DNA of 38,480 nucleotides from a virus. The notes beneath the pieces were generated by a model that ran no database searches, was not told where the DNA came from, and saw nothing but the letters and a program-made list of their open reading frames with translations. Each line of letters starts with the position of its first letter. Within the stretch, counting starts at the first letter, position 1. A program made the position numbers and the translations under genes. Shown piece by piece: positions 17,403 to 24,236 of the stretch. Location of the stretch: the IMG/VR virus record IMGVR_UViG_3300042923_000626; one strand, given 5' to 3'.

Positions 17403-17570
17403 TTATAATTTGTGGTTAACAAAAAGTATTGTTTCAGATTCTTCGTTAATTCTTCCCATGTATTCCATAGTTACATCACTAGAAATTCTTTTATCTGCAA
17501 TCATGTCGATAAGTATTTTTGCAAGAACATCTAACTCTCTATCAGTATCAATATTAAAATTTAAATTCAT
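17403..17570 (-). CDS. Hypothetical small acidic protein (55 aa)
   Basis: Hand-translated MNLNFNIDTDRELDVLAKILIDMIADKRISSDVTMEYMGRINEESETILFVNHKL. GGAGAG RBS. Preferred over the antisense track ORF 17410..17598. Confidence 0.5.
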   Translation of the reverse strand: MNLNFNIDTDRELDVLAKILIDMIADKRISSDVTMEYMGRINEESETILFVNHKL

Positions 17571-17572
17571 AA

Positions 17573-18343
17573 TTACTCTCCTAACTTATTCTTTTTAACT
17601 ACATAACACCAATTTGATGAACCTTCTTGTCTAACTTGTTTATAAGCATGGTTATCTTTATTTGGGATAACTATTTCCATAAGTAACAGCTTTTTATTGA
17701 GAATTGACTTTGCTATATGCTTTTCTTCGGCTTTTTCAAGCATCATATTTCTATCAAGTGCAATTCCTTCTTCTAATACTTTTAAAGTTCCTATAGGTAA
17801 AACTGACTTTATTATTTCGATAATAGTTTCATCTGGAACTAAATCAATCTTTTCAGCCATTGGTGCTGATATACCTAATTGCTTTTCTCTCTTGGATAGC
17901 TTCATTCGCTTATCTGAATATACAACTTGCTTTAGTTCATTTAATTCTTTTCTAGTGTTTAATAATTCGGTTTGTAGGCTTTCAAATATGCCTATAGGGC
18001 TAGAATTATATGTGCCTGTTTTTCTGATTGAAGGAATAACGTCTATCGCAAGCCACATTTGAAACTTTTTAGCAGTTTCGTTATTTGCTTTCATGCCTAG
18101 TAAATAAAAAATGCTTTCTGGTATAAAAGAATCTTTCGACACTTGTGCCGAAGAATCAAATTCCTTAATAAACTGATTTATTCTTCTCCACATTACATAC
18201 TCTTTGTTGTCTTTAATTTCTGTCCATCCAAAACCTATAGCAGTATCTTCAGCATTAACCGAAATACTTCCATCATCATTCAAAAGTGTTCTTACTTTAA
18301 TTCCTAAAGTACTATTATTAAAAATCTGTAATTTATTATCCAT
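17573..18343 (-). CDS. Antirepressor (BRO-N domain)
   Basis: 256 aa. N-terminus LQIFNNSTLGIKVRTLLNDDGSISVNAEDTAIGFGW is Bro-N-like. Position is immediately after cro. Confidence 0.75.
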   Translation of the reverse strand: MDNKLQIFNNSTLGIKVRTLLNDDGSISVNAEDTAIGFGWTEIKDNKEYVMWRRINQFIKEFDSSAQVSKDSFIPESIFYLLGMKANNETAKKFQMWLAIDVIPSIRKTGTYNSSPIGIFESLQTELLNTRKELNELKQVVYSDKRMKLSKREKQLGISAPMAEKIDLVPDETIIEIIKSVLPIGTLKVLEEGIALDRNMMLEKAEEKHIAKSILNKKLLLMEIVIPNKDNHAYKQVRQEGSSNWCYVVKKNKLGE

Positions 18344-18351
18344 ATTTCCTC

Positions 18352-18558
18352 CTAATCTGTTATTCCTAAATCTTTGAATATATCATCTGTACTGCATTTG
18401 TAAGTTTTAGCAAGTCGTAAAATTAATTGAACTCCAGGATTAGTCCATCCTTGCTCTAATTTGTAAAATGTGCTTTGACTGATTCCGAGAGCTTCAATGG
18501 CTGCATTACTGTCTAAACCTGCATTCATTCTTCTTAATCTTATTGGTGTAATTTTCAT
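18352..18558 (-). CDS. Cro-like HTH regulator
   Basis: 68-aa XRE-type HTH (LGISQSTFYKLEQG). Divergent from the CI-like repressor. Confidence 0.75.
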   Translation of the reverse strand: MKITPIRLRRMNAGLDSNAAIEALGISQSTFYKLEQGWTNPGVQLILRLAKTYKCSTDDIFKDLGITD

Positions 18559-18679
18559 TTGGTTTTTTCTCCTTTCTGATTAATTTCATATGTTAGGTGA
18601 TTTAATTAATTTGCTAGGTGATTAAGTTATCTTTGGTATGGTTTTATTATATCCTCTTTTGAGATAATTTAAAAGTTCC

Positions 18680-18708
18680 ATTTTATCACAAAATGAGATA
18701 TTTGGCAA
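18680..18708 (-). promoter_or_regulatory. Early lytic promoter (PR-like)
   Basis: Minus strand reads TTGCCA-17 nt-TAAAAT with a TGn extended -10. Operator 18684..18700 lies in the spacer. Confidence 0.6.
18684..18700. promoter_or_regulatory. Operator O1 (TATCACAAAATGAGATA)
   Basis: 17-bp pseudo-palindrome TATCWCA-AAA-TGWGATA. A second full copy is at 18765. Half sites are at about 18659 and 18732. Confidence 0.65.
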
Positions 18709-18757
18709 ATTTATCTCTCTCATGCTTTAAATATCTCAAATTTTCTTCAATTTAATA

Positions 18758-18785
18758 TTGATTTTATCTCAAAATGTGATAATAT
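18758..18785 (+). promoter_or_regulatory. Repressor maintenance promoter (PRM-like)
   Basis: TTGATT-16 nt-TAATAT with a TGn extended -10. Operator 18765..18781 lies in the spacer. The leader before the repressor start would be very short. Confidence 0.5.
18765..18781. promoter_or_regulatory. Operator O2 (TATCTCAAAATGTGATA)
   Basis: Same 17-bp architecture as O1. Confidence 0.65.
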
Positions 18786-18795
18786 TATCAAAGAG

Positions 18796-19431
18796 GTGGT
18801 TAATTTGTTAGGTGGTAAAATAAAAGAATTAAGAGAAAAGTTAAATTTAACTCAACAAGATTTGGCTGATAAATTGAACATAGGTCAATCAACTATAGGG
18901 ATGATTGAAAGCGATAAAAGAATACCAGGAAGAAAAACTTTGACTAAACTAGCAACTTTCTTTGGAGTTTCTTTAGATTACTTATTAAAAGATGAAAATG
19001 TTGAAGAAGATTTTGAAACTATAGATATAAGTACTCAATTTGTACCTATTCCAATAGTAGGAGAAATAAGAGCAGGAGAGTTAATACTCGCAGAGGAGAA
19101 TTTACAAGGATATATGCCAGTACTTAGGAACTCTTTGAAATTAGACGGAGAGTATTTTGCTCTTAAGGTTAAAGGAGATTCTATGAATTTAGAATTTAAT
19201 GAAGGTTCTATTTTAATAATAGAAAAAACTTGTTGTATAGAAAATGGTCAAATTGGAGTTGTCAGAGTTGATGGAATTGAAGCAACTGTAAAGAAAATTG
19301 TTATTAACAATGGAATGATAACTTTAATACCAATGTCTACAAATCCTGTACATATTCCAAGAATGTATAACATTCGCAATGATGACGTTGAAGTAATTGG
19401 GATAGTAAAACAAGCAATAAAGAGTTATTAA
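18796..19431 (+). CDS. CI-type repressor (XRE HTH plus S24 LexA-like autopeptidase)
   Basis: 211 aa with HTH LNLTQQDLADKLNIGQSTIGMIE and S24 motifs KVKGDSM and ATVKKI. The true start may be the in-frame TTG at 18805. Confidence 0.9.
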   Translation: MVNLLGGKIKELREKLNLTQQDLADKLNIGQSTIGMIESDKRIPGRKTLTKLATFFGVSLDYLLKDENVEEDFETIDISTQFVPIPIVGEIRAGELILAEENLQGYMPVLRNSLKLDGEYFALKVKGDSMNLEFNEGSILIIEKTCCIENGQIGVVRVDGIEATVKKIVINNGMITLIPMSTNPVHIPRMYNIRNDDVEVIGIVKQAIKSY

Positions 19432-19442
19432 GGAGGATTGAA

Positions 19443-20525
19443 ATGGATTTTAATATTACCTATAGGAAAAAAGATGGTGGACTTCAAGCAATCATTTCTT
19501 ATAAAGATTCTACAGGCAAGTGGAAACAAAAAAGTAAGCAAGGGTTTGAAGATAACAAGAAAGGCGAAAAGGCTGCAGCTAACTGGGCAAATGATGCCAT
19601 AACAGAACTTAAAAATAGTTCTACAATTATTAGACAGCATAAGGATATAACGCTAATAGAGTTCTATAGGCTTTTTATATCTGACAGAGTAAATACATTA
19701 AGAGCTTCTACATTAAAAGGATATGAGGACGCAATAAAGCATTTTGAAGCATTGTATAATGTAAATCTTAAAGATATCAATACTATGGATATTCAAAGAG
19801 AAGTAAATAAACTTAATAATCTTAGTTCTGAATCTATTTCAGCATACCTGAAAAAAATTAAATGTATTTTTAATTTTGCTGCAAACAAATATGAAATAAT
19901 ATCTAAAAGTCCCGTTAAAAATATAGAATATACAGGTACAAAACCACAAGAAAAAACAGCGTTAAATAATAAAGAACTTGAAAAATTATTAATTGATTTA
20001 AAATCACTTAGGACCTATAGACCTTTTATAGCTTCTCTTTTAGCTGCTAAATGTGGTTTACGCATAGGAGAATTTTGTGGACTTACATGGAAAGATATAG
20101 ATTTTGTAAATAATAATATAGATATAAATAAGCAATGGATAAAAGACAAGCAAGGTATATGGGGTTTTGGAAAACTAAAGTCTAATAATTCCTATAGAAT
20201 TGTTCCTATGCCACCAATAGTTCGTAAAGAGTTGTTAAAATTAAAAGAAACAATGCCTTTAAATATTGATACTAGAATATTGCACGTAAAAAATACTACT
20301 GCTTTTAGTAGTGATCTAATTATAAGATATAAAAAATTTGGATTTAATATAAGTGTTCATGAATTAAGACATACTTATGCAACTAATTTAATTTCTAATG
20401 GTATAGACTTTAAAACTGCTGCAAAATTATTAGGTCATGATATTAAAGAAACTATGAAAACTTATAGTCATGTTAATGATGACATGCTTAAGAATGCTAA
20501 AAATATTATAGAAAAAATTTTTTAA
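19443..20525 (+). CDS. int: Tyrosine integrase
   Basis: 360 aa with catalytic-region motifs GLRIGEF, HELRHTYATNL and LGHDIKETMKTYSHV. AGGAGG RBS. Confidence 0.9.
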   Translation: MDFNITYRKKDGGLQAIISYKDSTGKWKQKSKQGFEDNKKGEKAAANWANDAITELKNSSTIIRQHKDITLIEFYRLFISDRVNTLRASTLKGYEDAIKHFEALYNVNLKDINTMDIQREVNKLNNLSSESISAYLKKIKCIFNFAANKYEIISKSPVKNIEYTGTKPQEKTALNNKELEKLLIDLKSLRTYRPFIASLLAAKCGLRIGEFCGLTWKDIDFVNNNIDINKQWIKDKQGIWGFGKLKSNNSYRIVPMPPIVRKELLKLKETMPLNIDTRILHVKNTTAFSSDLIIRYKKFGFNISVHELRHTYATNLISNGIDFKTAAKLLGHDIKETMKTYSHVNDDMLKNAKNIIEKIF

Positions 20526-20531
20526 TTCAAA

Positions 20532-20748
20532 TTTTTGACGTTTTTTTGACGTTTAAGAAAAGCATGGCTTTAAATAGGCCTTTAGGTACAATATTATAGT
20601 TTTCTGGATGAAAAATTTATTCTTATCAACGCCAAAGATAAAATACGATATAACTATTCAAACTACTGATATTATAGTTTTCTAAAAGATAATATTATCT
20701 ATGAGCGATTTATTATTTTTATAAAATTTTTTTGACGACTTTTTGACG
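20532..20748. repeat. Probable attP arm region: four direct TTTTTGACG sites and two ATATTATAGTTTTCT 15-mers
   Basis: TTTTTGACG at 20532, 20543, 20729 and 20740, in pairs phased by 11 bp. The 15-mer is at 20591 and 20669. Directly downstream of int. Confidence 0.5.
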
Positions 20749-20844
20749 GCAAAAATAATATTGCCTATAGAAGATAAAAATATCTATTTTATAATTAAAA
20801 TAAATTATAAAGATATAAAATTAGTTAATCAATAACTCATCACA

Positions 20845-21232
20845 GAAAAATAACAAAAAAATAACAAAAATGAAAAAATTCTTGTTATGGCCTTTAGAGT
20901 AGTAATATCAAGGGTTTGAGCCTAATGGTAAAAAATAGATATAACAAAAATAAAATCAGTTTTGTTATCTCGCTATCCATTGGTATCACTAGCCTTAGCC
21001 TATATATATAATATATATAACAATAATTTTATAAAATATATATATATAGATGAGAAATAATATATATACTCATATAAAGATAGGGGGTATATTATTTATT
21101 TTTTTGTTATTTTGTTATTTTTTCTCTAAAGGCTTGATATCACTGGGATGGGAGCATAACAAAAGTTCTAAAAAGCTGTTATATTGTTGTTATATTGTTG
21201 TTATTTTCTTGTTATTTCTTGTGAAATGCTGA
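20845..21232. repeat. Iteron/AT-rich element, copy B (inverted homolog of 4915..5325)
   Basis: 12 exact ATAACAA/TTGTTAT heptamers in the same order and spacing as the reverse complement of copy A. It shares a 25-nt identical block (aaaataacaaaaaaataacaaaaat) and the blocks tatagatgagaaa and ataaagataggg. Confidence 0.8.
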
Positions 21233-21649
21233 TTTGAAGCTAAAATGAGGATGAAAGATAAGATTTATTTTACTCTATAGGCAATATTGTTTAAATCTAA
21301 AGTCGGATATTCCTACTATAGGAAATATTATTACCATAAATGAGAAGTACCAAGGGTCATTCCAAAATGGAGTTACCTTTAAGTCGTTTATTTTACTGGA
21401 TTGCTCCAAAACGGTGCTACCCAAGTTGGCGAAAGATGATTTTATTAACTCCTATAGGCAATATTATAAACGGGTCGTGAAATGCGAGGGGTATCGGTGA
21501 AATGCCTCCCCCATTTTATAATAGCAAATTAGACTATTTAAGGCACTTACATTTCAAGTCGATAAAGTTATCATTAAAAGTGTTTTAAAAGCTATATGAA
21601 AGCGATAAGGCTATTCTATAAGCATCTATAGGTATAAATTAATTAATGG

Positions 21650-21681
21650 CATAAAAATAAAGCTAGGAAATTAATCCTAGC
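21650..21681 (-). terminator. Terminator of the late/lysis operon
   Basis: Minus strand GCTAGGA-ttaatt-TCCTAGC followed by TTTATTTTT, 30 nt after the endolysin stop. Confidence 0.65.
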
Positions 21682-21710
21682 CTTTTACACTCTTGCATAT
21701 TAAATTATAT

Positions 21711-22478
21711 TTATTGTTCTATTGAATAAAACCAGCTGCCTAAAGTTTCCTTTAGTTTATTACATTGCTCTATAGGCATATATCCTGTTTCTATCCATAC
21801 ACCCTTATCATTGCCTCTCACGTACGTTTTAACGCCTTGGAAATAACCAAGAATATAATTTATGTCTACGCCATCATAACCTTCATATGCGGTCGGTAGA
21901 TAGGCTGTAACTACATAACCTTGGCCTGTAGAGTTAGAAATGTTTTCTATAGGCTCTTTAGATATACTTTCATCAATGGCATTACACAAAACATGTGCTA
22001 ATTTCTCCCAAGAATACTGATTATAAATGTCTATATCCTCTTGAGAGTCGCAAAAACATATTTCACTTATTATATTGCCACAATTTATATGATTCATTTC
22101 ATAGAGCTTTTCGAATTTAACACCTCTACAGGCGAATCCTAATTCAGCATAATTGTTAAGCAATCTTTGTGCGTATTGATAAGCCGAACTATTTTCACTA
22201 CTTACAAGCACCTCGGTTCCATGTGCTGAACCATTATAGCAATTCATGTGCAAACTTATAAATAAATCACAATTAGCTGAATTTGCTTTATTAGCGCCCT
22301 CTGAAAGTTCTGCATTTTCTGTATTTGCATTAGAATTGCAATCAATAACAGTATGCCCATATTGTTCAAGTACTGCTTTTACTGCTGCGTAATACTTTTT
22401 CATTTGCTCATGCTCATTTACTATTCCTACAGCGCCCTCGCAATTATCGCTGTGCCCTGCTCTTAATCCTATTATCAT
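21711..22478 (-). CDS. Endolysin, N-acetylmuramoyl-L-alanine amidase (Amidase_3) with C-terminal binding domain
   Basis: 255 aa with GLRAGHS...FISLHMN motifs. Overlaps the holin stop. Confidence 0.85.
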   Translation of the reverse strand: MIIGLRAGHSDNCEGAVGIVNEHEQMKKYYAAVKAVLEQYGHTVIDCNSNANTENAELSEGANKANSANCDLFISLHMNCYNGSAHGTEVLVSSENSSAYQYAQRLLNNYAELGFACRGVKFEKLYEMNHINCGNIISEICFCDSQEDIDIYNQYSWEKLAHVLCNAIDESISKEPIENISNSTGQGYVVTAYLPTAYEGYDGVDINYILGYFQGVKTYVRGNDKGVWIETGYMPIEQCNKLKETLGSWFYSIEQ

Positions 22479-22966
22479 TGTATTTCACCCTCTTTTTTAA
22501 CATTACTATCAACTGTATCTGCTAATGTATCTCCACTTTTTTCAACTACAACTTTAAAATTTTGTACAACTTTAAGCAAAAAGCTCGGCAATGGAACTTC
22601 TAACCTTGTTAAATTCTCTAAAATAGATATTAATTCATTAATTATTAACCATACAGCCACTAATAGACCAAAGAATGTTGCTACAGGTATATTGAAACCT
22701 AAACTAGATGCAACCTGTAGAATAGTCCAATCGACTATCATACCAACCGCTACAGCTACGCCATATAATAGTTTTTTTACAATGCCCCACATGCCTGTTT
22801 TACTATTTATTTCGCCACGCTGTTTAGCATCTAGAATGCCTGTAGAATAATCTATTACCATTACTACAGTTAACATTATTAATACTGGCAATAATATTCC
22901 TAACTTAACGCTTAAATATGCTCCTATGCTTGCTATAAATGCTCTTATATAATTTGTCTTTTCCAT
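22475..22966 (-). CDS. Holin (phage_holin_4-like)
   Basis: 163 aa with several hydrophobic helices and a charged C-terminus. Immediately upstream of the endolysin. Confidence 0.75.
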   Translation of the reverse strand: MEKTNYIRAFIASIGAYLSVKLGILLPVLIMLTVVMVIDYSTGILDAKQRGEINSKTGMWGIVKKLLYGVAVAVGMIVDWTILQVASSLGFNIPVATFFGLLVAVWLIINELISILENLTRLEVPLPSFLLKVVQNFKVVVEKSGDTLADTVDSNVKKEGEIQ

Positions 22967-23096
22967 TATTAATTCCCTCTTTCTTATCTTTTTTTTGTTT
23001 AAAAATGTGCAACAAAAAAGACCCTTTAAAGGCCTTGATTATTGTTTTACTATTTTTGATACGTAATATCTTCCTATTATATATTAAAAAGAAAAT

Positions 23097-24134
23097 CTAC
23101 ATTTGTTCTTTGATGTAATTATCATTATTCTTAATGTACTTATTCCCAATTATAAACGGCAAATATTTATTTACTATATATATGATAGGTAAAATACATA
23201 CTAACAATATTAACAAAGATATGATAATACCTATTAAATTGATTCTAATAACATCTATATCAATCTTGCTAATCACAGATATTATTTTAAGTAGCATTCT
23301 TTTTATTGGTTCGTGTACGCACATTATAATTAATGAATTTGCTCCTAAAAATCTAACAAATTGTAAATTACAATATAGTGATATTAGATATATAAATATT
23401 ATCCCACAGAAAGCTGAAATAAAATATAAAAAGTAGTTAGAATATATACTTTTATTCATGTCAACATATCCATTCAAATGTGAACAATAGATATTTAATG
23501 CCAAAAGAATAAAAATAGATAAAAAATTCATCAATTTGTTTTTGTCAGACTTTTTGTAATTCATTACGACATTTGATATTAAATATCCAGCTCCATAAAA
23601 TACTATCGCTATAAGCATAGTATCAATACTCCAAGGCAATCTAATCTTTAAATTATAACTTAGTATAACTCCTAAGATTGATGAAACCGCTAAGAGGCAG
23701 CATGCCATTTTATTTGAAAATTTATTTTTTATAAAATAAAAAATTATCTCTGTTATAAATAAGCAAGGTAAAAACCACATAACTATATTATATACATGAT
23801 TGTATTCACCACCTTGGGAAGTGAATATGCCAATAAATTGGCTTAATATTGAAGTGGTATCTCCTCTGAGTTTTCTTTCAATTACACTCCAATAAATAAA
23901 TGTTAATAATGAAAAGATAAAATATGGTATTAGTATTTTATTTACTTTTTTTCTAATAAAGTTTTCCTTTTTTGACACACTAAAAGTAATACCAGATATA
24001 AAGAAAAATAAAGGCATGTGAAAAGAAAATATCCATGTATTTAATATATTTAATTGTGATATATGACCAACAACAACTAATATTATTCCTATACCTTTCA
24101 TTATATCTATAAATTCAATTCTTCTATTCTCCAT
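23097..24134 (-). CDS. Membrane acyltransferase family 3 (OatA/OafA-like); lysogenic-conversion moron
   Basis: N-terminal RIEFIDIMKGIGIILVVVGH signature and about 10 hydrophobic helices. Start trimmed to the ATG at 24134 (GGGGTGA RBS). Confidence 0.8.
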   Translation of the reverse strand: MENRRIEFIDIMKGIGIILVVVGHISQLNILNTWIFSFHMPLFFFISGITFSVSKKENFIRKKVNKILIPYFIFSLLTFIYWSVIERKLRGDTTSILSQFIGIFTSQGGEYNHVYNIVMWFLPCLFITEIIFYFIKNKFSNKMACCLLAVSSILGVILSYNLKIRLPWSIDTMLIAIVFYGAGYLISNVVMNYKKSDKNKLMNFLSIFILLALNIYCSHLNGYVDMNKSIYSNYFLYFISAFCGIIFIYLISLYCNLQFVRFLGANSLIIMCVHEPIKRMLLKIISVISKIDIDVIRINLIGIIISLLILLVCILPIIYIVNKYLPFIIGNKYIKNNDNYIKEQM

Positions 24135-24236
24135 AATATCACCCCAATGCAATATTTTATCATATTATGGATTAACGTTCCATAAAAGCAACGTTTTTTT
24201 AATGCCCACTATTATATTAGGGAGTTTTAATCATGA

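Noticed and set aside
17410-17598. 62-aa plus-strand ORF.
   Set aside because: It is antisense to a better minus-strand 55-aa ORF (17403..17570), which has a GGAGAG RBS and a protein-like composition.
19428-19640. 70-aa minus-strand ORF overlapping the integrase start.
   Set aside because: It is antisense to the integrase N-terminus, has no RBS, and its composition looks like an artefact.
21050-21232. 60-aa plus-strand ORF inside iteron element B.
   Set aside because: The homologous stretch of copy A is frame-broken: it reads MRKGIYILIYKDRVYILKILVILL and then stops. There is no RBS, and the hydrophobic sequence comes from translating TTGTTAT repeats.
20526-21710. tRNA or tmRNA fragment as an attachment core.
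   Set aside because: No TPsiC-arm-like GGTTCGAAT motif or cloverleaf was recognisable by eye. This needs tRNAscan and a BLAST search against the host.
23010-23030. CCTTTAAAGG palindrome and A/T inverted repeat after the acyltransferase gene as a terminator.
   Set aside because: The stem is short and AT-rich with no convincing loop. It may be a weak terminator, but the sequence alone does not support the call.
24174-24200. AACGTT-N10-AACGTT hairpin followed by a T-run on the plus strand upstream of the acyltransferase gene.
   Set aside because: The stem is only 6 bp and lies on the non-transcribed strand, with no plus-strand gene to terminate. It is too weak to call.
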